A stretch of DNA of 64,000 nt from Sediminibacterium sp. (GTDB lineage: Bacteria; Bacteroidota; Bacteroidia; Chitinophagales; Chitinophagaceae). Below are positions 38,422 through 49,153 of this stretch, piece after piece. The notes beneath the pieces were generated by a model. That model worked only from the letters and a program-made list of their open reading frames with translations, was not told the DNA's origin and did no database searches. The position numbers and the translations under genes were made by a program. Location: positions 98,703-162,702 of the forward strand of contig JBBAJS010000002.1 of assembly GCA_040403975.1 (NCBI GenBank), written 5' to 3'. Positions within the stretch are counted from its first letter, which is position 1. Each line of letters begins with the position of its first letter.

Positions 38422-41400
38422 TTGTTTCAACCAAGGATTTTTTTATCCATCATTTATCTGCTGATCTGTGCACCATTATTGGCACAACAGAAAGATAGTC
38501 TGCGCTTTCCACTAAGCGACAGGAGGGGGGATCCATTTTCTAATTCAAATAAAAATCCTTTTGATTTAAATGATACTTCGCTCATTAAAAAATCAGTTGA
38601 GTATGATCCAAAAACAAAATCCTATTTCATCAGGGAAAAGATTGGATCAACTATTTATAGAAAACCTACTACGCTCAAATTTGATGAATATTGGCGCATT
38701 CAAAATCAACAGGCAGAAACTGATTACTTTAAAAAAAGAGCAGATGCTTTAACACAGTTGAATAAAAAAGTAGCACGTCCACCAATGCGTGTATATGATA
38801 AATTATTCGATCGCATTTTTGGAATGAGTGGAAATAATTTAAAAGTAGATATCAGACCGAGTGGTGAGGTGAATATTTTGGCAGGCTATCAAGGACAGAA
38901 TATCAAAAACCCAACTTTGCCGGAGCGTGCAAGAAAGAACGGGGGATTTGATTTTGATATGAATGCCAATCTTAACTTAAATGCCAATATTGGAGACAAG
39001 TTAAAATTTCCTATCAATTACAATACATTGTCTAATCTGGGTTTTGACAATCAATTGAAACTAGACTATAAGGGAATGGACGATGAGATCATCAAAAGTA
39101 TTGAAGCAGGAAATATTTCTTTTCAATCAAGAGGAACCTTGATTCCTAGTGCGCAGAATTTATTTGGAATAAAAACTCAATTACAATTTGGAAAATTATT
39201 TGTTACAGCAGCATTGGCCAATCAACGATCATCTAGGCAAACAGTATCCTTGCAAGGCGGAGCATCTACTCAGTCATTTCAAAAAAAATTAGATGACTAC
39301 GAAGAGAACAGACACTTTTTATTAGGCAATTATTTTCGTGCTAATTTCAATAAAACCATGAAGAATTTGCCTGTAGTAAATTCTCAGGTTCAACTTCAAA
39401 GAGTAGAGGTTTGGGTTACGAATAGAACGGGTGCTACTACTGAAGCTCGTGATATTGTGGGCTTGATGGATTTGGGAGAATCCAGGCCATTTAACCCATC
39501 AGTACAATCTTTAACCAGCAGTCCATTGCCTGCCAATGGAGCCAATAATTTATTCAGTTCCTTAGTGGGTGATCCAAATGCGCGTAATCCTGCTTTTGTA
39601 AATAGTTTATTATTGAGTAAGGGGCTTAGTCCGGTGGATGATTATGAAAAAACATTTGCACGTAAGCTTACATCAAATGAATATTATTTTAATCCTCAAG
39701 CAGGTTTTATTTCGGTGAATACACAATTACAGGCAGATGAAGTGCTGGCTGTAGCATATCAATATACTTACAACGGAAGGGTTTTTCAAGTAGGTGAATT
39801 CTCTCAGGACATTGCTTTAGATTCTAATCAAGGTGTTCAAAAAGTATTGTTTCTAAAATTATTAAAAGCTACTTCTCAAAGAACGCAATTGCCGATCTGG
39901 GGATGGATGATGAAGAATGTCTATTCATTGGATTTATTTGGTGGGATACAAAGAGATGATTTTAAATTAAACGTATTATATGATGAACCAAGTGGTGGTT
40001 TAAAAAGATTTTTACCAGAAACCGCTCAAGCAGTTGAAGGGCAACCATTACTGAGGATACTCAATTTAGACCGACTCAATAATCGAAATGATCCGCAACC
40101 CGATGGTGTGTTCGATTATATCGACGGGTTTACCATATTGCCTCAAATGGGAAGAGTTGTTTTTCCTTTACTTGAACCATTCGGAAGAGATTTAGATACA
40201 TTGGCATTTTCAGGTTTGCCAACAGCAACAAAGAATAAATATGTCTATTATCAATTGTATGATTCTATAAAAGCCATTGCTCAAACCTATGCCAATTTAA
40301 ATAGATTTGTGATGCAGGGTCAAGTAAAAGGCAGTGGGGGTGGGTCCGAAATTTATTTAAACACATTTAATATTCCTCCAGGTTCAGTATCAGTTGCAGC
40401 AGGAGGGCAGATATTGCGAGAAGGCTCTGATTATATTGTAGATTATAATTTGGGTACAGTAAAAATTATCAATCAAGGTATACTCAGTTCTAATGTACCT
40501 GTAAAAGTTTCATTCGAAAATAATATTGGTTTTGGTGTTCAGCAAAGAGGGTTTACAGGACTTCGATTAGATTATGTTGCCAGTAAAAAATTAAGTGTAG
40601 GAACCAGTTTTGTTAAATTAGGGGAACGCCCATTTTTCACCAAAATGGGATATGGAGATGATCCTATTAGAAACAGTATGTATGGTCTTGATTTCAATTA
40701 TCGATCTGATTTACCAGGATTAACAAGGTTGCTCAATAAATTGCCTTATTATGATTCAAAAGCAAAGTCATCGATCAATGCTTATGGGGAAGCAGCTTTC
40801 ATGCAACCAGGACATCCTCCACAAATAGGAAAAGGCGATCAAGGGTTAATTTTTATTGATGATTTTGAAGGAACAAGAGCAACTATTGATTTGCGTTTTC
40901 CTTTTGTTTCATGGGCAATGTCTTCAACACCACAAGGAAATACAAAATTTCCAGAATCAACATTAACAGATAGTATCGATTACAATAAAAACAGGGCTAA
41001 ATTATCTTGGTACAATATCGAACCTAATTTACAAGATAAGAATAGCCCTAATAATCCATTAAGAAGAAATTTAGCGGAGTTGAGCGACCCAAGAGTAAGA
41101 CAAGTATTTACCAATGAATTATTTCCACAACGAACTACCAATATCACCGATGTTCAAGCTGCAACTTTTGATTTAGCGTATTATCCAACCGATAAAGGGC
41201 CTTATAATTTTGAATCATCGCCCACACAAATCAATGCTCAGGGAAAATTAAATAATCCTGCTGCAAGATGGGGCGGTATCATGAGAGCTATTGATCAAAC
41301 AGATTTTGAAACCAATAATATTGAGTTTGTAGAGTTTTGGATGCAGAATCCATTTATTACTAATCCAACGAGTAAGGGAGGTAAATTGTTTTTAAACTTT

Positions 41401-44400
41401 GGTAATGTAAGTGAAGATGTACTCAAAGATGGTAAAAGGTTTTATGAAAATGGAATGAACACGCCAACCATTCCTGCGGCTGTTGATAGTACGAATACAT
41501 GGGGTAAAACACCAGTAAATCCAATTCAGATTACACAGGCTTTTAGTAACGACCCTAATGATAGACCCTTTCAGGACGTAGGTTTTGATGGATTGGATGA
41601 TAATGCTGAGAGAAGAAAAAAAGGGTATGTTTTAAATAGAATGGCGAATAATTTTGGTGCTGGATCGCCGCTTTATCAAAGAACTTTAAACGATCCTTCG
41701 AATGACAACTATTTATGGTATAGGGATCCATCATTTGATGCACAGGGTACTGGAATTTTAGGCAGGTATAAAAACATTAATAACCAGCAGGGAAATTCCC
41801 CAGTAGCCACAACCGGCGGACAATTCACTTCTGCTACTACTTTATTTCCGGATAATGAAGATTTGAATAGAGACAATACATTGAACGAAACAGAATCGTA
41901 TTATGAATATGAAGTTCAGCTTAGACCAGGTATGGATGTTGGATCTCCACAGTTTCCTTACATCACCGACAAAAGAAGAGTTACTGTAAATTCAGCAGAT
42001 GGTATCACAAGAACTGAGGATTGGTATTTATTCAGAATACCTATTAAGAATTATTCAAAGAAAGTGGGGAATATTCCAGACTTCAAATCCATTCGTTTTG
42101 CAAGAATGTATCTGACTGATTTTGAAGATTCAGTGGTATTGCGTTTGGCAAGATTGGACCTTGTGCGAAATCAATGGCGTCAATTTATTTATAATATTGA
42201 TACTACAGGATCATATACTCCAATCAACAATAATGCAACGAATACTGCATTTAATACCCTTGCTGTAAACTTAGAAGAAAACAGTAGCAGACAACCCGTA
42301 AATTATATAATGCCACCGAATGTTGAACGTGTTCAGCTATTAAGTAATAATGGAGTTAACCTGCAACAAAACGAGCAAGCTTTAAGTTTAAGGGTGAGTA
42401 ATTTACAAAGTGGGGGCACGAGAGGAGTTTTTAAAACCTTGAATTTAGATGTAAGGCGCTATGCAAAAATGTCGATGTACTTGCATGCAGAGTCTGTTGT
42501 TGGACAGTCTGTGATAAAAGATGATCAACTAAATGCCATCATTCGCATTGGGCAAGATTTTTTAAATAACTATTACGAAATAAAAATACCATTAAAAATT
42601 ACTCCTCCAGGTCAATATCCAAGAGGACAAGAAGATCGAGTATGGCCAGAAGCCAACAATATTGATTTTAGTTTACGTGATCTGATCGATTTGAAATTGA
42701 GTAGAAACAATAGCAATGCATCTGTTACCAATATATTTAGAAAATTGATTGGTAATAAAACCTTCTCTATCATGGGTAATCCAAATTTAGGTGAAGTAAG
42801 AGGCATTTTAGTGGGTATAGAAAATCCTGTAAGACCAGATGGCCAGTCTATAAGCACTGAAGTATGGATGAATGAATTGCGTTTATCTGGAATTGATGAA
42901 AACGGAGGCTGGGCTGCACTCGGAAGAGTAGACCTTGTTTTGGCAGATTTAGGTACATTATCTATTTCTGGAAATAAATATACCCAGGGGTTTGGAACGA
43001 TAGAGCAAAGAGTCAATGAAAGAGCTAAAGATAATTTGATGCAATTTGATATTGCAGCCAATATTGATGCTGGCAAATTGGTTCCCAAAAAAGCGAAATT
43101 ATCTATACCTGTTTATGCAAGTTTAAATAGAAATATTCGTACGCCAGAATTTGACCCTTACGATTTAGATGTACTATACAAAGAAAAATTAAGTAAAAGC
43201 CCAGCTGCTTTAAGAGACTCCATTAAGAATGCGGCGGCTGATCAAACAACTATTCAAACCATCAATTTTACCAATGTGAGGGTGATGCCTGGCAATGGAA
43301 AACCTGGATTACTCAAACTCAGTAATTTTGATGTGAGTTATGCTTACTCTCAAACAGATCATTCCAGTCCTATCATAAAACAGAATAAAGTAGTTCGGCA
43401 ACGTGCAGGATTAGGGTATACTTTTATCGGACAAAGTCAATTCAAAGAGCCATTTAAAAAATTGATTAAAGGAAAATCTCCATGGCTAGCCTGGATCAGA
43501 GATGCCAACTATAATTTAAAACCATCTTATTTAAGTTTTAGGGCAGATGTCAATCGACAGTTCGGAGAATTTATTCCTCGAATAGTGAATAATAACAATA
43601 CTAAAGTAGATAGAGTAGATACTACCTATGATAAGTATTTTACTTTCGATCGATTTTATAATATGCGTTGGGATTTAACGCGATCTTTAAATTTCGATTT
43701 TAATGCTACCAATAATGCAAGGGTAGATGAACCATTCGGAAGGATCGATAATAGTTTCAAAAAAGACACCGTTCGAAAAAATTTCTTGAGCGGAGGAAGG
43801 AATACGCTTTACGTTCAAAAAACATTACTGAATTATAATATTCCATTAAATAAATTTCCATTATCCGATTGGATAACTGCAAGGTATAGTTATGGAACAT
43901 CTTATAGTTGGATTGGTGCCAGTAGAATTGCGTATAATTTAGGAAACACCATCGAAAATTCACAAGAAAATAATTTTAATGCACAGCTAAGTTTCGGCAA
44001 TTTATATGCTAAATCTAAATGGCTAAGGGCAATTGATAATATCCCTTCCCCTAAAGCAAAGAATGATCCTCTCAATAATAAAACAATGAATGCTTTAGGA
44101 GCAACATTGCCTTCTAAAGAGGAAGCTTTAAAAGGATTAGAAGGCAAACAAAGAACAGAAGCATTGCAAAAATGGAGACAACAACGCAGAGATATTCGTA
44201 TTGCAGATAAACTGACAAGGGCCAATCAAACGCCAGAGTTGACCAGTTTCGAAAGAACATTGGGAAAATTTATTACCATGTTCCGACAGACATCTATTAA
44301 TTACAGCGAAAATTTCCGAAGCAGATTGCCAGGCTATATGGATAGCACACAGTTCATAGGGCAGAATTTTAAATCAATGGCTCCTGGTTTAGATTATGTT

Positions 44401-45684
44401 TTTGGAAAGCAGCCAGATAATGATTGGATCAATAATAAAATTTCGAGAGGCTTACTTTCTAAAGACAGCACATTTAATTTTATGTTCAGACAGAGCTTCG
44501 AGCAAAGATTGAGTATTACTGCGCAATTAGAACCCATCCGAGAATTGATTATTGATTTGAATGTAGACAAAACTTTTACCAAAGACTATACTGCTTTAAT
44601 AAAAGATACTACAGGGTCAGGAAATAATTTCGGTCAATTAAATCCATTGTATAATGGAGGGTTCAGTGTATCCTATATTGCATTTAGTACTTTATTTGCA
44701 AGCCATAACCCTAATGAAATTTCGGCAACGTTTAAAGAATTCGAAAGCAACAGGATCCTTGTTTCAAAACGAATTGCAGAGACCAACCCTTATTGGCAGG
44801 CATTGCCGAATAACCAGAAATTTACAGCTGATGGATTCGCCCGGGGTTATGGAAGGTATTCGCAAAGCGTTATTTTGCCTGCGTTTTTAGCGGCTTACAC
44901 AAGAGAAAATGCCAATACTATTCCATTGATAAAAGACGGAGGAAATAAAATAAGCACGAATCCTTTCAGAGGAATAATGCCTAGGCCAAATTGGAAAATC
45001 ACTTATACTGGTTTAAGTAAGATCCCTTCACTCGCTGCATCATTTAGCAATATCACTATCAGTCATGGATACAATGGACAATTAAGTATGAATAGTTTTA
45101 ATAGTGCATTATTGTATCAAGATCCATTCCGATTGAATGCTCCAGGATTTATAGACACTACAAGTGGCAATTTTATTCCTTTCTTTTTGATACCGAATGT
45201 GAGTATTACTGAAAGATTCGAGCCATTGATAAAAATCGATATTACCACTATTAGTCAATTCAACTTCAATTTTGAATTTAGAAAGAGCCGACAATTGAGT
45301 ATGAGTTTGATCGATTATCAATTGAGTGAAAGCAGAAGTACGGAGTGGATATTGGGTATGAACTGGCGTAAACGCGGATTTAATCTTCCATTTAAATTGC
45401 CTGGAGGAAAGGGTAAAAAATTACAGAACGATTTGAATTTAAAATTAGATATATCAGTACGTGATGTATCCATCAGCAATAGCCGTTTAGATCAAAGCAA
45501 TGCATATGGAACTGGAGGACAAAAAGAAATCACCATTCAACCAGCTATTGATTATGTATTGAATAATCGAATCAATATTAAATTCTTCTTCGACCAGCGA
45601 AGAGTTACTCCGTATATTTCTACTTCTGCACCAATCACCAATACAAGGGCTGGGGTAAATATTAGAATATCATTAGCACAATAA
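38422..45684 (+). CDS. sprA: T9SS translocon / gliding motility protein SprA
   Basis: 2420 aa, signal peptide IFLSIIYLLICAPLLAQ, very large beta-rich sequence, downstream of ruvA. Only a TTG (38422) precedes the signal peptide in frame. Confidence 0.9.
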   Translation: MFQPRIFLSIIYLLICAPLLAQQKDSLRFPLSDRRGDPFSNSNKNPFDLNDTSLIKKSVEYDPKTKSYFIREKIGSTIYRKPTTLKFDEYWRIQNQQAETDYFKKRADALTQLNKKVARPPMRVYDKLFDRIFGMSGNNLKVDIRPSGEVNILAGYQGQNIKNPTLPERARKNGGFDFDMNANLNLNANIGDKLKFPINYNTLSNLGFDNQLKLDYKGMDDEIIKSIEAGNISFQSRGTLIPSAQNLFGIKTQLQFGKLFVTAALANQRSSRQTVSLQGGASTQSFQKKLDDYEENRHFLLGNYFRANFNKTMKNLPVVNSQVQLQRVEVWVTNRTGATTEARDIVGLMDLGESRPFNPSVQSLTSSPLPANGANNLFSSLVGDPNARNPAFVNSLLLSKGLSPVDDYEKTFARKLTSNEYYFNPQAGFISVNTQLQADEVLAVAYQYTYNGRVFQVGEFSQDIALDSNQGVQKVLFLKLLKATSQRTQLPIWGWMMKNVYSLDLFGGIQRDDFKLNVLYDEPSGGLKRFLPETAQAVEGQPLLRILNLDRLNNRNDPQPDGVFDYIDGFTILPQMGRVVFPLLEPFGRDLDTLAFSGLPTATKNKYVYYQLYDSIKAIAQTYANLNRFVMQGQVKGSGGGSEIYLNTFNIPPGSVSVAAGGQILREGSDYIVDYNLGTVKIINQGILSSNVPVKVSFENNIGFGVQQRGFTGLRLDYVASKKLSVGTSFVKLGERPFFTKMGYGDDPIRNSMYGLDFNYRSDLPGLTRLLNKLPYYDSKAKSSINAYGEAAFMQPGHPPQIGKGDQGLIFIDDFEGTRATIDLRFPFVSWAMSSTPQGNTKFPESTLTDSIDYNKNRAKLSWYNIEPNLQDKNSPNNPLRRNLAELSDPRVRQVFTNELFPQRTTNITDVQAATFDLAYYPTDKGPYNFESSPTQINAQGKLNNPAARWGGIMRAIDQTDFETNNIEFVEFWMQNPFITNPTSKGGKLFLNFGNVSEDVLKDGKRFYENGMNTPTIPAAVDSTNTWGKTPVNPIQITQAFSNDPNDRPFQDVGFDGLDDNAERRKKGYVLNRMANNFGAGSPLYQRTLNDPSNDNYLWYRDPSFDAQGTGILGRYKNINNQQGNSPVATTGGQFTSATTLFPDNEDLNRDNTLNETESYYEYEVQLRPGMDVGSPQFPYITDKRRVTVNSADGITRTEDWYLFRIPIKNYSKKVGNIPDFKSIRFARMYLTDFEDSVVLRLARLDLVRNQWRQFIYNIDTTGSYTPINNNATNTAFNTLAVNLEENSSRQPVNYIMPPNVERVQLLSNNGVNLQQNEQALSLRVSNLQSGGTRGVFKTLNLDVRRYAKMSMYLHAESVVGQSVIKDDQLNAIIRIGQDFLNNYYEIKIPLKITPPGQYPRGQEDRVWPEANNIDFSLRDLIDLKLSRNNSNASVTNIFRKLIGNKTFSIMGNPNLGEVRGILVGIENPVRPDGQSISTEVWMNELRLSGIDENGGWAALGRVDLVLADLGTLSISGNKYTQGFGTIEQRVNERAKDNLMQFDIAANIDAGKLVPKKAKLSIPVYASLNRNIRTPEFDPYDLDVLYKEKLSKSPAALRDSIKNAAADQTTIQTINFTNVRVMPGNGKPGLLKLSNFDVSYAYSQTDHSSPIIKQNKVVRQRAGLGYTFIGQSQFKEPFKKLIKGKSPWLAWIRDANYNLKPSYLSFRADVNRQFGEFIPRIVNNNNTKVDRVDTTYDKYFTFDRFYNMRWDLTRSLNFDFNATNNARVDEPFGRIDNSFKKDTVRKNFLSGGRNTLYVQKTLLNYNIPLNKFPLSDWITARYSYGTSYSWIGASRIAYNLGNTIENSQENNFNAQLSFGNLYAKSKWLRAIDNIPSPKAKNDPLNNKTMNALGATLPSKEEALKGLEGKQRTEALQKWRQQRRDIRIADKLTRANQTPELTSFERTLGKFITMFRQTSINYSENFRSRLPGYMDSTQFIGQNFKSMAPGLDYVFGKQPDNDWINNKISRGLLSKDSTFNFMFRQSFEQRLSITAQLEPIRELIIDLNVDKTFTKDYTALIKDTTGSGNNFGQLNPLYNGGFSVSYIAFSTLFASHNPNEISATFKEFESNRILVSKRIAETNPYWQALPNNQKFTADGFARGYGRYSQSVILPAFLAAYTRENANTIPLIKDGGNKISTNPFRGIMPRPNWKITYTGLSKIPSLAASFSNITISHGYNGQLSMNSFNSALLYQDPFRLNAPGFIDTTSGNFIPFFLIPNVSITERFEPLIKIDITTISQFNFNFEFRKSRQLSMSLIDYQLSESRSTEWILGMNWRKRGFNLPFKLPGGKGKKLQNDLNLKLDISVRDVSISNSRLDQSNAYGTGGQKEITIQPAIDYVLNNRINIKFFFDQRRVTPYISTSAPITNTRAGVNIRISLAQ

Positions 45685-45685
45685 A

Positions 45686-45713
45686 AAACCCTGCAGAAGA
45701 ATCTACAGGGTTT
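45686..45713. terminator. Bidirectional terminator hairpin between sprA and the ABC-2 permease gene
   Basis: Stem aaaccctg(c)ag / ct(a)cagggttt. There is an A run on the plus-strand 5' side, which reads as a T run on the minus strand. Confidence 0.6.
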
Positions 45714-45729
45714 ACTGAAATTGTATTTT

Positions 45730-47064
45730 TTAGTTTTTCCTAAAAGCCCATTTCCCTAATTCTTTCCAGCCTACTTTTTTTCCATACATTAAAATTCCTG
45801 TCCTATAAATTTTTCCACTCAACCATGTGGTAAATATAAAGCCAGCAATTAAGCTAATCATGCTTGCAGCTAACTGCCAATAAGGTACTGTTCCAGGAAC
45901 TCCATAAGCAATTCTTGCCATCATTACCATTGGAGAGCTGAATGGTATAATACTTGCCCATGTTGCAATAGAAGTGCTAGGGTCTTGAACAGCATTAGAC
46001 ATAATGATAAATGAAAAAATGATTGGCATGGTGATCGGCAACATCAAGCTTTGTGCGTCCTGAGGATCTTCGTTGACCACACTACCAACAGCAGCAAATA
46101 AAGAAGAATAGAATAAATAGCCTCCTAAAAAGTAAAAAAGAAAACATCCAATAATTACAGGCCAATTTGCTGTACTCATGGTATGTTGAAATTTATATAT
46201 TTTTTGTGCGGCATCTCCAGCTTGCATCATAGAACCACCTGGCATTTGACCATTGTATTGTTGCAATGTACTTACCTGTTGCATTACATCATGAGGAATC
46301 AAAAATTGCGCAGCAGTGGTTAAGCCAAGAATTAAAACAATCCATAAAAGAAACTGTGTTAATCCTACACCACCTATTCCAATAATTTTCCCCATCATTA
46401 ATTGAAAAGGCTTCACACTGCTGATCATTACTTCTGCAATTCGATTGGTTTTTTCTTCCATTACCCCTCGCATTACCATTGCTCCATAAATAAACATAGT
46501 AATATAAATCAGCATACCACTTCCAAAACCAATTCCATAAGATAGTGCAGCATTGCTTTCTTTAGCAGAATCAGCGCCTTCTTCCAATGATTTTAATTCG
46601 GCAAATTTAGATTTGTTTCTAATTGAATCTAAAGACCCGCGATTGATTCCGGCATCTTGCAATAATTTGTCTTCTATTGCGGCGTCTATTCTATCGCTGA
46701 TTTTATCTTCGGTTCCCAAACCAATTCTTTTTTTAGAACGAATGATATAGTCAGTTTTTTGAGTGCCTTCAAATTTTGGGATTATGATAATATCGGTATA
46801 TCCTTTCTGTAAATAGTTAAGGGTGTCTACATTTTCAGGAAATTCAAAATGTATATCTTTTGCATCTTGTAAGTTGCCTTTAAAAAACCCATTGCCATCT
46901 ATAACCGCAATTTTGTGTTCATCTTTTCCGCTAATTGATAAAAAAGTGGCCCCTGCAAAAAAACCAACCATAATAATTGGTGTTAGAATGGTAGTGAGTA
47001 AAAAACGTTTGTTCATTACCCTGCTCAAATATTCTCTTTGTATAATGATGAAGATCTTATTCAT
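45730..47064 (-). CDS. ABC-2 family transporter permease (NatB-like)
   Basis: 444 aa with an N-terminal TM helix, a large extracytoplasmic loop and a C-terminal cluster of five TM helices. It is downstream of the ATPase. Confidence 0.75.
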   Translation of the reverse strand: MNKIFIIIQREYLSRVMNKRFLLTTILTPIIMVGFFAGATFLSISGKDEHKIAVIDGNGFFKGNLQDAKDIHFEFPENVDTLNYLQKGYTDIIIIPKFEGTQKTDYIIRSKKRIGLGTEDKISDRIDAAIEDKLLQDAGINRGSLDSIRNKSKFAELKSLEEGADSAKESNAALSYGIGFGSGMLIYITMFIYGAMVMRGVMEEKTNRIAEVMISSVKPFQLMMGKIIGIGGVGLTQFLLWIVLILGLTTAAQFLIPHDVMQQVSTLQQYNGQMPGGSMMQAGDAAQKIYKFQHTMSTANWPVIIGCFLFYFLGGYLFYSSLFAAVGSVVNEDPQDAQSLMLPITMPIIFSFIIMSNAVQDPSTSIATWASIIPFSSPMVMMARIAYGVPGTVPYWQLAASMISLIAGFIFTTWLSGKIYRTGILMYGKKVGWKELGKWAFRKN

Positions 47065-47092
47065 GATTCAGTTAATTTAATCAGTTGTGTAA

Positions 47093-48031
47093 TTAGTCGT
47101 TTACATTTTGAAATGCCCTTGCAGTAGAATGTGTATTTTCTACGAGGTTGATGAATATTTCATTTAAGGAAGGCAATATTTCTTTAAAAGATTCAATTGT
47201 ATAATTGGCTTGTAAAAAATAACTCAAAACATCATTGCTTTTATAACCTTCATTTATTTTTACAATCAATTCATTTTCTATCTGTTCGTCAATGATGAAT
47301 GCAGCAGAATCAACTGAAGAAGGTGCTGTAGTTAATTGAATGCTGAACTTATTTTCTTTGAATTGTTGTTTTACATCTTGAACAGTGCCGTCCAGTACTT
47401 TTTTGCCCAGGTTTACCAAAACAATATGATCACAAATTTCTTCTACCTGTTCCATGCGATGGGTACTGAAAATAACGGTGCTTCCTCTTTTGGCTAAACC
47501 ATAAATTTCATCTTTGATCAAATTGGCATTCACAGGATCAAGTCCGCTGAATGGCTCGTCAAGAATAATTAATTTAGGTTCGTGTAATACAGTTGTAACA
47601 AATTGTAATTTCTGGCTCATCCCTTTACTCAGGTCTTCTACTTTTTTATTCCACCAGGTTTCCATTTCTAATCGCTTGAACCAAAACTTTATTTTCTCCA
47701 GGGCTTCTGACTTACTCAATCCTTTCAACTGAGCTAAATACATGGCCTGGTCACCAATTTTCATTTTTTTGTACAACCCTCTTTCTTCGGGCATATAACC
47801 AATCTTAATGATGTCTTCAAAAGGGTTGAAGGTTCTTCCATCAAATTGGATATTGCCGCTATCCGGATAAAAGATGCCAGTAATCATTCTTAAAAGGGTT
47901 GTTTTACCTGCACCGTTTGGTCCTAATAAACCGAAGATGCTTCCCTTCTCAATGGAAAAACTAATATCATCCACGGCTTTTTGGGTGGCATAATATTTTT
48001 TAAGGTGTTCTAATTCCAGGATGTTATTCAT
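47093..48031 (-). CDS. ABC transporter ATP-binding protein (NatA-like)
   Basis: Walker A GPNGAGKTT, signature LSKGMSQKL and Walker B IILDEP. Confidence 0.9.
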   Translation of the reverse strand: MNNILELEHLKKYYATQKAVDDISFSIEKGSIFGLLGPNGAGKTTLLRMITGIFYPDSGNIQFDGRTFNPFEDIIKIGYMPEERGLYKKMKIGDQAMYLAQLKGLSKSEALEKIKFWFKRLEMETWWNKKVEDLSKGMSQKLQFVTTVLHEPKLIILDEPFSGLDPVNANLIKDEIYGLAKRGSTVIFSTHRMEQVEEICDHIVLVNLGKKVLDGTVQDVKQQFKENKFSIQLTTAPSSVDSAAFIIDEQIENELIVKINEGYKSNDVLSYFLQANYTIESFKEILPSLNEIFINLVENTHSTARAFQNVND

Positions 48032-48149
48032 ATTAAAATATTGTTATAATGATGAAAGATCAGATTGTTTGTAGTACTCTTGCTCAAAATATTACAAAAT
48101 TTGAATTCGAATTTGGTGATTTTACTTCATAGTACCTAAATATTGAGCA

Positions 48150-49151
48150 ATGACGGGTTTTAAAAAATGGTTTGGGTTAAGTATTTTAACGATTTCCATT
48201 ATTGGATTAAGTAGTTGGGGTTTTCTGGTACACAAAACAATACATCAATTAGCAGTCTATCAATTGCCAGAATCTATTGCTCCTTTTTTTTATGACAATA
48301 TTGAAAAATTAGTAGCTGATGCTGGTAGGCCAGATACCAGAAGAAATACCGATAGTACAGAAGCCCCCAGACATTTTATCGATATTGAAGCATATGGTGA
48401 TGGTGCAATAAACAGTATGCCTTTAGAATGGGAAGCTGCTACAAAAATTTATTCAAAAGATAGTTTGATTAAATACGGTTATGTACCTTATCAGGTGATT
48501 TTTACTAAAGAAAAATTAGTCGAGGCTTTCAAAAAGAAAAATAAAGACAGCATTATTTATTATGCAGCCGATCTAGGGCATTATATTGGAGACGCAAATG
48601 TGCCTTTACACACTACATTGAATTATGATGGTCAATTGACCGATCAAAAAGGATTACATAGTTTATGGGAGTCCATGATCCCTGAATTAGAAATAAGTAA
48701 TTATGATTTGTTTACTAAACATAAAGCTACTTATCTAAAAAAACCATCTTTGGCAATATGGAAAGCAATTAGAAAAGCCAATCAATTATTGCCGGAAATG
48801 TTATCAAAAGAAAAAGAAGTTACACTTCAATTCTCTGAGGCAGAAAAATTTCGAGTACAAGTAAGAAGGGGAAAGGAAGTAAAAAGCTATACCACTGCTT
48901 TTGCTAAAGCATATGCTGCTTCTTTAAAAAATAGCATCAATAATCAATTATTGGTTTCTTCTTCTTTGATTGCCGATTTTTGGTATACTGCCTGGGTTGA
49001 TGCAGGAAAACCGGATCTATCAGGGTTAGTAAATAATGCAACTGAAAAGCAGTCTTCCTTCACCAATGAATTGCAACTCTTTCAACAAAATCAATTATTG
49101 AAATCAAATAAATTGATTGCCAAAAAAGAGGCAGTTAAAGAAGTGGAATAG
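48150..49151 (+). CDS. Zinc-dependent phospholipase C / S1-P1 nuclease superfamily protein
   Basis: Signal peptide followed by WGFLVHK, with internal LGHYIGDANVPLHTT metal-ligand motifs. Confidence 0.5.
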   Translation: MTGFKKWFGLSILTISIIGLSSWGFLVHKTIHQLAVYQLPESIAPFFYDNIEKLVADAGRPDTRRNTDSTEAPRHFIDIEAYGDGAINSMPLEWEAATKIYSKDSLIKYGYVPYQVIFTKEKLVEAFKKKNKDSIIYYAADLGHYIGDANVPLHTTLNYDGQLTDQKGLHSLWESMIPELEISNYDLFTKHKATYLKKPSLAIWKAIRKANQLLPEMLSKEKEVTLQFSEAEKFRVQVRRGKEVKSYTTAFAKAYAASLKNSINNQLLVSSSLIADFWYTAWVDAGKPDLSGLVNNATEKQSSFTNELQLFQQNQLLKSNKLIAKKEAVKEVE

Positions 49152-49153
49152 AT

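Noticed and set aside
42612-43088. A 158-aa ORF antisense within sprA, together with the other short antisense ORFs inside sprA (including the 107-aa ORF at 43902-44225) and the short same-strand out-of-frame ORFs there (38570-38752 and 44654-44890).
   Set aside because: All are embedded in a 7.3-kb continuous SprA reading frame. None has motifs or flanking signals.
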